From: Gemmatimonadota bacterium
GTDB lineage: Bacteria > Gemmatimonadota > Gemmatimonadetes > Gemmatimonadales > Gemmatimonadaceae
DNA length: 34,673 nt
Reading direction: 5' to 3'
Assembly (NCBI GenBank): GCA_031372565.1
Contig: JANMLN010000120.1
Coordinates: forward strand, 1 to 34,673
Positions 18,001 to 25,958 of the stretch are shown here, one piece after another; position 1 is the first letter of the stretch; every line of letters begins with the position of its first letter. The notes under the pieces were generated by a model. That model saw only the letters and a program-made list of their open reading frames with translations. It was not told the DNA's origin and ran no database searches. Both the position numbers and the translations under genes were made by a program.

Positions 18001-18985
18001 CGTGTCGGGGCCGATCGGTGGGATGCAGGTGGGCAGCGTGGCCGAGATCGAGTACGACGTGCCGCCGACGGAGTGGTACTTCGCGAACAACAACGCGCCG
18101 GCCATGCCGTTCCCGGTGCTGCTCGAGACGGCGTTGCAACCCTGCGGGTGGCTCGCGTCCTATGTCGGCGGCGCGCTCGGATCGGACGAGAACCTCTTCT
18201 TCCGCAACCTCGATGGCACCGGTACGCAGCACATCGAGATCGGCCCGGATATCGGGACCGTCCGTGTGTCGACCACGCTCACGTCGGTGTCGAAGGCCGA
18301 GTCGATCGTGATCATGAGCTTCGACGTGGTCATGCGCGCGGGCGATCGCACCGTGTACACGCTGAAGACCGTGTTCGGGTTCTTCCCCGGCGACACGATG
18401 AAGGACCAGGCCGGACTGCCGATGACACCGGCGCACCGCGCGCGTCTGGTTGATCCGAGTGATGTGCGCGTGGAGCTCGGGACGTCGCCGGCGCAGTACT
18501 TCGACGCCAGCCTGCGCCTGCCCACCGATCGGTTGGTGATGATCGATCGCATCACGGGTCGCTGGACCGGGGGGGAGCTGGCGGGCAAGGCGGGGCTCGG
18601 TCGACTGCGGGCGGAGAAGGACGTCTCAGCGTCGCAGTGGTTCTTCAAGGCGCATTTCTATCAGGACCCCGTACAGCCGGGATCGCTGGGCATCGAGGCG
18701 TTGTTGCAGGCCGTGCAGGCGCTGGCCATCGATCTCGACCTCGGCGCAGGGCTGACGGCGCCGCGCTTCGAGACGCAGGCGGTGGATGTGCCGATGAGCT
18801 GGAAGTATCGCGGCCAGGTCATCCCGGACAATCACGTGGTCGTGGTGGATGTGGAGATCACCGAGCTGCGTCGCGAGGCGCAGGGCGTGCTGGTCGTGGC
18901 CGCGGGCTCACTCTGGGTGGACGGCAAGCGCATCTACGAAGCCACGGGACTTGGCGTGCGGATCGTGTCCGGCACGCCAGCCTGA
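12086..18985 (+). CDS. pfaBC: Fused PfaBC/Pfa3-type subunit: KS-CLF-AT-(pseudo-DH/FabA-like DH) x2
   Basis: ATGA overlap with the pfaA stop. KS DAACASS / ECHATGT / VGHL; CLF lacking the active Cys (TVSSEELSG); AT-like region (YTGAAGAYPHMG, GYCSGE, FVEHGP); FabA-like WFFDGHFKNDPCMPG and WFFKAHFYQDPVQPG, each preceded by a pseudo-DH. Confidence 0.93.
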   Translation: MRSAVPSFAPIAIVGQGCVLPGALSPDALWELVLAGRSAIAPAADDLWRIDAGADRAQLHREIASTMGGHVDGFDRVFDANGFAVPAHALQGLDPVFLWTLHAAREALRSAGMSPLERRPRAALVLGNLSYPTPGLVDFALEQWAEDRTRTAHEDPRNRFMSGFPAHLAAEALGFGGRAFAIDAACASSLYAIKLACDALHDGTADLAIAGGVNHADDLFLHGGFSALNALSPTGQSRPFHRDADGLVPAQGAALLVLERLDDAVANGRQILGVIRGVGLSNDGRSRGLMVPAEEGQVRALRAAYEESGLSPRDISLVECHATGTVVGDGAEVRSMREVFADARALPVGSLKSNVGHLITASGAAAVIKVLAAMRHKVRPPTRTADAPIDELADGMFRLLVSAEPWDAPVDGAPRRAAISNFGFGGNNAHLVLEEWTGAAAAVAPRVPSSARAGAIAIVAQSVRTGATGGRFTDAVFGAAVADGAVASSNAEVTIALDAAGLRFPPNDLKATLPQQTLLLSMALEMGAALERLPRERTSVLIGMQCDAEVARHAIRWCGARPWVAALPPSLANDSLTAASVVGCMPNIVANRLSHQFDFRGPSYTVSSEELSGVAALELGARALRAGEIDAAVIGAVDLCAEPVAEAAARAVLGAGRAEAGDAAALMVLKREADAIRDGDTILALLDADGADQSVVPTFRFALTATSAGLTPRVGHAHAASGLLHVAAAIEACAHRAEPSAVGPMPWLPRDGARVVEVEVEALGQQARTLAVRAASTATPSSALFLTSQPRLAVFVADTVAAMVDVLTRRDEYMGRTGTDAVVAGVRVSIVAESDVELDMRVERAIALLRAPGGDAVVGTIDDGIHVGRGALDGELSFVYTGAAGAYPHMGRDLALAFPELVDRFAARANSVRDAAGWVYSDDPALQTTPMDKLWGASYLSQLHTELTRHLLGLRPTAAIGYCSGETNSLFALDAWGDLDGFRDDVANSHVYDRWLCGELRCLRPAWQLADDAPTDWSTWRIRAPVADVRAAVASEERAHLVIINAPADVVVAGDPQACERIGAMFGRRAARTPGYDFVMHCPEAHEYESRWRALHTRPTVDVPGLRFYTHATRSSYHASTQAAADALTGQAMHMVDFPAMVERAYADGIRVFVEHGPHAGCTKWIGEVLGDRPHVAIALDRYGDSSLLLAVDAAARLFAAGVPVELDALRTTLRPARRSADAALPRSPGSRSLPLSLPAHPIAVPRMPNVLQVPVPTAAASKVGQNGANGRAVNGAVNGASHGASNGSSHGSGEFMAPAPRLASSRFSVPTAAPVTAAPASAAPVTTRVVAPEAYAVEPAPAPVLTPTTAPKSHVAASPSAESATPFAAAANSLASHHAQLAELHTAFLRQQFEAQARFTNIMLAPLAQWATGQVGADAQRGSYEVIAAPAVAVAPVAPVAPVAAIAHAAPVAAPVPSPVMRAPVAAASAPVTAARTPASPPAPAPASAAAIKAPLVRRVPPPRTPTGPTFDRAALEIHAGGEISKIFGPLFAQQDVHARQVRMPEPPLLLADRVLGIEGEAGTMGTGTIWTETDVRADAFYLHEGRMPAGVMVESGQADLMLISWLGADFHNKGERVYRLLGCELTSHGPLPTIGDTLHYEILVDGHAEQQGVRLFFFHYNCWVNGELRMSVRSGQAGFFTDEELANSAGVLWSPESVTPTPDARVAAPIALSTRRAFSADQVTALIEGRLADCYGPGFERADAHTRTPTIAGGRMRLLDEVTHFDPTGGPWGRGYLRATLGLTPDRWFFDGHFKNDPCMPGTLMLEGGLQAMQIFMTGLGFTLDHDGSRFEPVPEQNYSLRCRGQATPASREVVYEIFVDEVVGGDTPTLYADIMGSVDGRKAFHCKRMGLRLVPAWPLDAGRTAVTIAPDPRPVAVVDGFRFDYASLLACAWGVPSSAFGPMYQRFDGTRRVARLPGPPYHFMSRVSRVSGPIGGMQVGSVAEIEYDVPPTEWYFANNNAPAMPFPVLLETALQPCGWLASYVGGALGSDENLFFRNLDGTGTQHIEIGPDIGTVRVSTTLTSVSKAESIVIMSFDVVMRAGDRTVYTLKTVFGFFPGDTMKDQAGLPMTPAHRARLVDPSDVRVELGTSPAQYFDASLRLPTDRLVMIDRITGRWTGGELAGKAGLGRLRAEKDVSASQWFFKAHFYQDPVQPGSLGIEALLQAVQALAIDLDLGAGLTAPRFETQAVDVPMSWKYRGQVIPDNHVVVVDVEITELRREAQGVLVVAAGSLWVDGKRIYEATGLGVRIVSGTPA

Positions 18986-19013
18986 CCGCGCGAACGCTCG
19001 GCGCCATCTGAGC

Positions 19014-19742
19014 ATGACCGCATCGCGTCTCGTGCTCAGTGCAGGCCTAGTCCCGGCAGGGGTGGCGCTGTACGGACTGCAGTTGCCGGTCGCGCCTGAT
19101 GCGGCCTTGGCGGCACTCGATGATCTGCGCGGGGACGCGGCGCTCACCGAACTGCCTTCGCGTGTGGCGGGGGCCGCGCCCAGTCGGCGGGCGGGCTATC
19201 TGGCTGGGCGCTGGTGCGCGCATCAGGCGCTGCTGGTCAGCGCACCTCACGTCGCGCACATGAGCATCGGGACCGGCGAGTTCCGTGAGCCGCTCTGGCC
19301 GACTGGCATTGTTGGCAGCATCTCCCACACGGCCGGTTACGCGCTGGCCGCTGCTGCGCCTCTGGGGGCGGTGCGTGCGATCGGGCTGGATGTGGAACGG
19401 TGGCTCGACGAGGACGCACCCGCGCGTATCGGTGCCGATCTCGCGGGTGAGGGAGAGCTCGAGGCACTCGTGGCTCGGACAGCTTGGCCTGCGGAGCGCG
19501 TGCTGACCGTACTCTTCTCCGCCAAAGAGACCATCTACAAGTGTCTGTTTCCCGACGTGCGAGCGTACTTCGGCTTCGAGACGGCGTGGGTCGAGAGCGT
19601 GGAACCGCGTGACGAGGCTGCAGGGCGGTTCGTGGCGCGGCTGACGGGCCCGCTGGGGCCGGCGTTGCCAGCGGGGCTCATGCTGCACGGGCGCTTTGCG
19701 TGCCGGGATGACGTGGTGGTGACGGCGCTCGTGCGTGGGTGA
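19014..19742 (+). CDS. 4'-phosphopantetheinyl transferase (EntD/Sfp-like; functional PfaE equivalent)
   Basis: RRAGYLAGRWCA, REPLWPTGIVGSISHT, IGLDVE, FSAKETIYK. ATG 28 nt after the pfaBC stop. Confidence 0.9.
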   Translation: MTASRLVLSAGLVPAGVALYGLQLPVAPDAALAALDDLRGDAALTELPSRVAGAAPSRRAGYLAGRWCAHQALLVSAPHVAHMSIGTGEFREPLWPTGIVGSISHTAGYALAAAAPLGAVRAIGLDVERWLDEDAPARIGADLAGEGELEALVARTAWPAERVLTVLFSAKETIYKCLFPDVRAYFGFETAWVESVEPRDEAAGRFVARLTGPLGPALPAGLMLHGRFACRDDVVVTALVRG

Positions 19743-19847
19743 AGCGCCGGGAGTCCGGGCGCGTGTCGGTACTCCTCGACACACGCGCCGCACCACGCAT
19801 CGAAGTGCCGTCGAACGCCGACCGGCGACCCGCCCTGCCGCCGCCGT

Positions 19848-22800
19848 CTACCGATGCTGCGCGAGACAACGGGCGTACTCCTTCGCCGCCTCCCCCGGAT
19901 CTTCCTTGAGTCGCTCCACGCGCACCGTGGGCGGCACGCACACCCGCGTGTATCCCATGATGCGCTCGATGAGCGCGCGCGGCTCGATCGTCCAGATGCG
20001 CACCGTCCCGTCCTGCGACGTGGAGAAGACGTGTTCGTTGTCCTCGCTGAACGCGACCGAGTTGACGGCGCCACGGTGACCGTCGAGTCGGAGCACTCCC
20101 GACCGCCCTGAGCGCGCCCAGACGTTCACCGTCCCCGTGGTGTCGCCCCCCGCGAGCAGCGATCCGGCACTGGCGAAGGACAGGCTGAGGATGCGACCAC
20201 GGGCACCATGCAGCAACTGGAACGGCATGATCGACGCGCGGTGCTCGGACGGGCGCGCGTAGAGGCCGATCTGGTTGTCGCTGAAATTGACCGCGATCGT
20301 GTCGCCGTGCGCGTCGAAGGTCATGGCGGTCCCGGTTGCACCAACGAGCTCATCCACCAGACTCGTCCCGTCCTTCGTGGACCAGAGGAAGGCCGTGCCG
20401 TCGAGAAAGGACGTGGCGCGGGTCGCGAGCGCCCAGCGGCCGTCGTCGCTGACCCGTGCGCGCAAGTCGTCCAGCGGATGCCCCTCGTCCTGTGAGAGCA
20501 CGCGCGGGACGGTCGTGGACGCTCCAACACGCCACGCGCCGCCGAGCCGCTCGTCGTCGAGGTACGTGACCATGGTCCCACTGGAGTCGAGCCATCGAGG
20601 CTTTCCGCCCAGCGTGATGTTCGCGATCGGCGCTGGCGGACCTCCCGCTGGCCACTCCCACACCGTCGTCGTGTTCTTGTCGACGGTCACCACGCGCATC
20701 GACGATCCCATGAACCGGAAGTCGCGCGCCCAGTGGGACGCCGAGTCGAACGTGGTGCGCAGCCGATCCGGATGTGCCTCGAAATCATGCGAAGCTTCGC
20801 GATCAGTCAGCGGCAAGACGGCAAGCCGCCCACCGCGCGAAATCGTCGCGATCGCGCTGTCCCCCGGACCCACGCGTAGCCGACCAAGTGAGCCAAGGCC
20901 GAGCGGCACCGTGAGCGGTTCCGGATCGTGGAACGTGCCCCAGATGCGCCCCGTCCCGTCGTCCGAGACGGTCACCAACGCATCGCCCCTGCCACTGACA
21001 TTCGCCCACGTGACGGCGCCCGCGTGCCCGGTGAACGGCAGGTAGGGGCACGGCACGTTGTGGTCGCTGCACTCATCGGCGATCGACCAGAGGTGTGCCG
21101 TGCCGTCGAGCGCGCCGGAGATCAGGGAGTCTCCGCCGAGGGTGAACTGCACGTTGGCGACAGCGCCACGATGTTGCCGATACCAGCGGATGCGCGACGC
21201 CCTCGCCACGTCGAGCACGGCCACGCCAGTCTCCGTTGCCACGGCCACGCGCGTGCTCTGATCGTTGAGCCGCACGCGCTTGATCTCGCTTCCGAGCTCC
21301 TGGTCAACCAGCACCTTCTGGCTGCCGACGCTCCAGACCATCACGCGTCCCGTGATGCTGCCCGCGACCGCGAGTTCACCGTCGGCGCTGAAGCGGATGT
21401 CGCGCCAGCCGCTCAAGTCGCTCATGGGAAGCCTGACGACAGGGTCTGCGGCATCCGGCGTCCACAGGAGGGCCGGCTCCGACCAGCAGGCGAAGATCAC
21501 GCGACGTCCGTCGCGACTCATGTCGGTGCCCGTCACCGAGCACGGCACCGAGGGCGGGAGCATCTGCCGTGTGGCCGATCCCGGAGCCGTCCCGAACCGG
21601 CAGATCGAAATCGTATCGGCGGACGCCCGACACCCACCAAGCACGAACCGGCCGTCCTGACTGATGCGCGGTTGTTCGACGGATGCGCCCACGGAATCTC
21701 CAATGGGGCGCGGTGCGCTCCTTCCGGAGAGATCGACCAGATGCAGCATGCCGACCGAGTCCGACACCACCGCATGTCGTGCCGACGGGTCGGCCGCCAA
21801 CCTGCTTCCTCCACGCGCGCCAGTGGCGACCACGCGCACCCCTGCGCCCGCAGAGTCCCAGACGCGCAGCGAACCGTCGCGCTTGAGCATGACCATGCGG
21901 GTCCCGGCAGCATCGCGCGCCACCTGCGCATCGGTGACGGAATCCTCGATGAAGATGGCCACCTGGGCATCGGCGATGCGACGCAGTGCTTCGATGTCCG
22001 GCCATTCGAAGGTGGCCTCGGTCGTCGCGCCGAGCTCGGCAACAAGTGCCGCGGCGATGGACGGATCGGTCACGGAGAAGTCGCGGATCGCCGCGCGCAA
22101 GTTCGCCGCCTTGGCCTCGTCGAGCGAGTCGCTGGTGACCGCGAGCAGGACCGCGGTGAAAAAGAGCGCCACGAGCCCGCCGGCCGCCGCTCCGATCATC
22201 CAGCGGCGTCGCGTGCGCCGCGTACGCTCCTGCCGGGCGCGCTCGTCCAGTTCACGTTGTTGCCGTTCGAGTCGTTCGTCCTCGACTGCCTGCTTGCTCT
22301 CTTCGAGGAACTGCTGCACCACGTCGAAGTCGTCCGACGCACGCGCATAGCGCTCCGCCCAGCCGCGCGTTGCGCCCAACGCCTCCCACTTGTCGCGCTG
22401 CGTGGTGTACTCGAGCCCGACCATGAGACCTCGCTCTCCGGCCATGGCCGAGCGCGCCGTCTGCACGAGCCACAGATAGGTGTTGCGCGCGCGGCGTTCC
22501 GTGTCCACCCACTCGGCGAGCCGCGGCCATTGCCGGATCAGACTCTCGTGCGAGATGTCGACGCGCGGGTTCGCCGGATCCCCGTCGCGTGACAGGTACA
22601 GGAAGTTGCGATCGTGCGCGCGAAAGGCGGCGATGACACGCTCCACCTCGGCACGATCCGCCCCGGTGGCCGCTGCCAGCGCGTTGATGCGACAGGGACG
22701 CCGTACGCTGCGCTGGCTGATGTCCGTATCCGTGAGCGCGCGGAAGATCTGCTCTGCGAGCGTGGCGTCCACGGTCGCGAGTGCATCGTTGGCGTCCTTC

Positions 22801-23717
22801 GCGAGTGCCCCTTCGAGTCCATCCGCGAGCAGGTAGTGCTCGATGTCGATCGGACCGGTCGCGCCGTTCGCGGCCCAGTGGTCGTACGTACGCTGGAGGG
22901 CGTGCTGCAGCACGGGCAGACGATCCGCACGATCTCCCAGCGCGTTGGCCAACCGGTCGACCAGGCGTGCCGTGAGTTTCGCGCCGGTCATCATCGCAGG
23001 ACCTTCGTTGGCCTGCCGGAGTTGATCGCGTGAGAGCCGCGGCACGAGGTAGCGCGCCTTGTTCATGGCTTCCGGCAGGCCGTGAAAGAGGTCGCAATCG
23101 CCGAGGAAGTCGCTGCGCATGGTGAGCGCCACGAATACGGGGGCGGTGCTCTCCGAGAGGCCGAGCAGCAGGTCGACGTAATCCGCGGCCTCGGCGCGCC
23201 GACGCGCCAGGTGCGCCCGGACCTCCACGGGCATCCGGTCGTCGTCACTCTCGGTTCCGCGGAACGCGAACAGCTCCTCGAACTGGTCCACGAGGATGAA
23301 CACGCTCGCCTTGGGATCGCGATGCTGTTCGATGAAATCGACCGCGCCTCCAGCAAGCGCCAGACGGATGGAGGCCTCGAGACCGTCCTCGCCCTCGACG
23401 GCCTCGGGGTGCCCGAACGCCCTGGCGAGTTCCGTCGCGAAGTTGTTCATCGGTGCGTCGCCCGGCTTGCAGATCACGGTGACCCACTGGTCTGCGCCCG
23501 CCACCAGGAACCCCGCGGCAAGCCGCGGGATGAGGCCGGCACGCACGAGCGACGACTTGCCGCTGCCAGATCCGCCAACCACCGGGAGGAAACGCGTCGT
23601 GTGCAGGATCTCCTGCAGTTCTGTGATCTGCTCGTCGCGACCGAAGAAGAGGTGCGAGTCGGTATCGAAGAACGGCCGGAGCCCGACGTACGGGTTGGGC
23701 GTCGTGGCGCGCGTCAC
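19848..23717 (-). CDS. nSTAND1-type NTPase + TM helix + WD40 beta-propeller sensor (about 1289 aa)
   Basis: GTG start overlaps the upstream TGA (GTGA) with SD GGAGGA. NPYVGLRPF..FFGR, Walker A GGSGSGKSS, Walker B ILVDQFEELF, MRSDF, LPVLQHAL, DISHESLIRQWPRL; coiled coil, then TM WMIGAAAGGLVALFFTAVLLAV; WD40 repeats such as GHRGAVNSVAFS...SQDGTVRIW. Confidence 0.9.
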   Translation of the reverse strand: MTRATTPNPYVGLRPFFDTDSHLFFGRDEQITELQEILHTTRFLPVVGGSGSGKSSLVRAGLIPRLAAGFLVAGADQWVTVICKPGDAPMNNFATELARAFGHPEAVEGEDGLEASIRLALAGGAVDFIEQHRDPKASVFILVDQFEELFAFRGTESDDDRMPVEVRAHLARRRAEAADYVDLLLGLSESTAPVFVALTMRSDFLGDCDLFHGLPEAMNKARYLVPRLSRDQLRQANEGPAMMTGAKLTARLVDRLANALGDRADRLPVLQHALQRTYDHWAANGATGPIDIEHYLLADGLEGALAKDANDALATVDATLAEQIFRALTDTDISQRSVRRPCRINALAAATGADRAEVERVIAAFRAHDRNFLYLSRDGDPANPRVDISHESLIRQWPRLAEWVDTERRARNTYLWLVQTARSAMAGERGLMVGLEYTTQRDKWEALGATRGWAERYARASDDFDVVQQFLEESKQAVEDERLERQQRELDERARQERTRRTRRRWMIGAAAGGLVALFFTAVLLAVTSDSLDEAKAANLRAAIRDFSVTDPSIAAALVAELGATTEATFEWPDIEALRRIADAQVAIFIEDSVTDAQVARDAAGTRMVMLKRDGSLRVWDSAGAGVRVVATGARGGSRLAADPSARHAVVSDSVGMLHLVDLSGRSAPRPIGDSVGASVEQPRISQDGRFVLGGCRASADTISICRFGTAPGSATRQMLPPSVPCSVTGTDMSRDGRRVIFACWSEPALLWTPDAADPVVRLPMSDLSGWRDIRFSADGELAVAGSITGRVMVWSVGSQKVLVDQELGSEIKRVRLNDQSTRVAVATETGVAVLDVARASRIRWYRQHRGAVANVQFTLGGDSLISGALDGTAHLWSIADECSDHNVPCPYLPFTGHAGAVTWANVSGRGDALVTVSDDGTGRIWGTFHDPEPLTVPLGLGSLGRLRVGPGDSAIATISRGGRLAVLPLTDREASHDFEAHPDRLRTTFDSASHWARDFRFMGSSMRVVTVDKNTTTVWEWPAGGPPAPIANITLGGKPRWLDSSGTMVTYLDDERLGGAWRVGASTTVPRVLSQDEGHPLDDLRARVSDDGRWALATRATSFLDGTAFLWSTKDGTSLVDELVGATGTAMTFDAHGDTIAVNFSDNQIGLYARPSEHRASIMPFQLLHGARGRILSLSFASAGSLLAGGDTTGTVNVWARSGRSGVLRLDGHRGAVNSVAFSEDNEHVFSTSQDGTVRIWTIEPRALIERIMGYTRVCVPPTVRVERLKEDPGEAAKEYARCLAQHR

Positions 23718-25930
23718 GTGTTCCTCCCCGCGAGCAGCGCGTCGACGGCCGCGGGATCGAACCCGGCGGCGCCGCTGGCAACGGGCGACATGTTCGCGAA
23801 CTGCAACTGTTCCGGCGTGCGTGCACTGGCCACATACAGCCCGAGCCGCGTGGGCAGATTCTCGTTCATCTTGAGCTTCATCGCCATCCAGTAACGCGAC
23901 TTGATCCACTGGTCGTTCACGGCGCCAAAAAAGAAGATCACGTTCGCGCTGTCGGTGATCCACTTGCGGAACTGTTGCTCGGCGGCCTGCGGGCCGTCGG
24001 CGCTCGTCGCCTGCGCAGCCTCATCCATCGGGTCGGTGTAGATGACGGGCGTCCCCTTGGACTTGAGGTACCGGATGAGCGGGATCGCCTGCTTGAGGTC
24101 GTCGACGTGGACATCCACGAACACCGAATGCGCCGCGTGGACTGCCGTTGCCGCCGCGTCGGCCGCGCGGGTCCGCTCGGCCAGCATGCGATCGCGGTGG
24201 ACAACAATGCGATCCGCCATCCTGGCGAAGCGCACGCGATCGAACGCGAGCTCGTGCCGCTCGCGGTCGGTGTTGTCGAGCTCGGCGACGAAGCGGCCGT
24301 ACGCCGTGGTGGCGGGAATCGTCGCCGCGTCGTTCACCAGGACCAGCTGCGGCTTCTGGAGCTGTGCGCCGAGTTGGAGCTGTCGCACGGGGAAGGTGCC
24401 GGGCGCGCCAGGACCATCGGCAGTTGCGCCGTCGAGCACGTCGCCCGCGTCCTCGTTCAAGATGTGCACGAACAGGTCGGCGTTCGCCGCGATCTCGCGC
24501 ACGCGCCGTTCGTGGCCCGTTTCGGTGAACTCGTCGGGCGCGTCCTGGTTCGGCACGGCCGGCAGGACCTCGATCCCCTTGGAGGCCAGGACGCGGATGA
24601 GCTGCGGTCGCATGCTGAGCTGGAAGCTCGGCGTGATGGCCGTCGCGGCGAGGAAGACGCGGAACGGCGGCTCGCCCGAGGCGGATTGCGCCACCATCGT
24701 GGCCGATGGCGTCGGGCGCCCGGCGTCCGCAGGCGGCGGTGTCGCCGCAGCCATGGTTGCCAGCTCCGGTTGCGCCGGCGACGCGAGGGTCACCAGCTCC
24801 GGTTGCGCCGGCGTCACCGACTCGATGCTGAACAGCACGCCGTGCTTCGGTCGCAGATAGAGTACCGGTGTCGCCCACTCGCTCGTTTCGCCATCGTAGA
24901 GCATGCGACGCGCGTCGGCCACGGCTTCGTCCACCGGCACGCCGGTGGCGAGCCGCTTGTAGAAGAGCGCGGCGAACTTGATCGCCGCGATGTCCGAGAT
25001 CGGATACTGCATGGCCAGCACCGCAGGAATGCCGCCGGCAAGCAGCGATGCGGCCACGCCACCGAACGGATTGATCGCGCCGCGCGCGCTCGTCTCCGCC
25101 GTCTTGCACGCGTTGAGGAAGACGAGCTGCGGCAGCGGCTTCGAATTGGCGATCATCTTGCGCACCTGATCGCCCTCCATGCGGTGCGCCGACTCATCCG
25201 CATTCTCCATGAGCAGCGCCCCGCGCCCCGTGTCCGGGTCGAAGTCGCCGTGCCCCATGAAGTGCACGATGTGGTACCCCGGGCGCGCGTTGGCGAGCGC
25301 GTCAGCGATCGCCTCCTCGGTGGCGGTCTCGAGCACGTCGATCTTCCAGCCGATCTTCACGAGTCCGAACGCATCCTCGATGCGTCCCTGCTCCTTCTTG
25401 AGGTTGAGCGGAGCGGTGCCCGTCGGGTTGCTGACGATGAGCAGGATCTTGAGCGTGGACTGGAACGAGATGGGCGGCGTTTCCTTCGCGACGTCGATCG
25501 TGCGCACCAGCACGGTGCGGTCGCCGAACGCGAGCGGGGGATCGCTCGGCGTGCGATTGGGCGTGAGGATCTCCCACGGCAGCGCGGCCAGGACCGCGGC
25601 CTCGTCGTCGGCCGTGATGTTGAGGCGAACGCGCACCCCCTTCTCGGCGCCGCCCATCAGCTCCATCAACAGGTCGCGGATGTTGCCGGAGAACAGATTC
25701 TGGAAGAGCTTGACGCCGAGGGCGCGCACATCGGGCTTCGGCGCGCTCACGGCGGGGGTTTCGGGTTCGGGTTCGCGCATCACGCCGATGCCGCGTGCCA
25801 GGCCCGTGAGGTTCATCAACTCGTCCGGCAGCGTGAGCGTCCCCGTCACGGAAGCCGCGTCGTCCGTTTCTGCGATGACCGTGAACGTCGGCTTCTTGCC
25901 GACGATGCGAATGGTCAGGTTCTTGTCCAT
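23714..25930 (-). CDS. CHAT (caspase HetF-associated) protease with two C-terminal TIR/DUF4062-like alpha/beta domains (738 aa)
   Basis: LAALPWEIL, catalytic HIVHFMGHG and LVFLNACKT, GIPAVLAMQYPISD..A..FAALFY, EWATPVLY. C-terminal FRVFLAAT...ADLFVHIL and SVFVDVH...ANVIFFFG; the TIR-like assignment is tentative. ATG at 25930. Confidence 0.85.
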   Translation of the reverse strand: MDKNLTIRIVGKKPTFTVIAETDDAASVTGTLTLPDELMNLTGLARGIGVMREPEPETPAVSAPKPDVRALGVKLFQNLFSGNIRDLLMELMGGAEKGVRVRLNITADDEAAVLAALPWEILTPNRTPSDPPLAFGDRTVLVRTIDVAKETPPISFQSTLKILLIVSNPTGTAPLNLKKEQGRIEDAFGLVKIGWKIDVLETATEEAIADALANARPGYHIVHFMGHGDFDPDTGRGALLMENADESAHRMEGDQVRKMIANSKPLPQLVFLNACKTAETSARGAINPFGGVAASLLAGGIPAVLAMQYPISDIAAIKFAALFYKRLATGVPVDEAVADARRMLYDGETSEWATPVLYLRPKHGVLFSIESVTPAQPELVTLASPAQPELATMAAATPPPADAGRPTPSATMVAQSASGEPPFRVFLAATAITPSFQLSMRPQLIRVLASKGIEVLPAVPNQDAPDEFTETGHERRVREIAANADLFVHILNEDAGDVLDGATADGPGAPGTFPVRQLQLGAQLQKPQLVLVNDAATIPATTAYGRFVAELDNTDRERHELAFDRVRFARMADRIVVHRDRMLAERTRAADAAATAVHAAHSVFVDVHVDDLKQAIPLIRYLKSKGTPVIYTDPMDEAAQATSADGPQAAEQQFRKWITDSANVIFFFGAVNDQWIKSRYWMAMKLKMNENLPTRLGLYVASARTPEQLQFANMSPVASGAAGFDPAAVDALLAGRNT
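24760..24813. repeat. 33-bp-period tandem duplication in the CHAT protein linker (PAQPEL x2)
   Basis: CCAGCTCCGGTTGCGCCGGCG at 24760-24780 and 24793-24813. Confidence 0.8.
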
Positions 25931-25958
25931 GCGGGTGCCGGTCGTGAGGTCCGCGTGC

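Noticed and set aside
5391..18436. Long antisense ORFs (5391-8150, 8481-12455, 11948-14290, 15998-18436)
   Set aside because: Shadow ORFs opposite well-supported pfa genes in high-GC DNA; Arg/His-rich with no recognisable motifs.
19743..19847. Intrinsic terminator between the convergent PPTase and STAND genes
   Set aside because: Only weak GC pairing and no U-tract on either strand.
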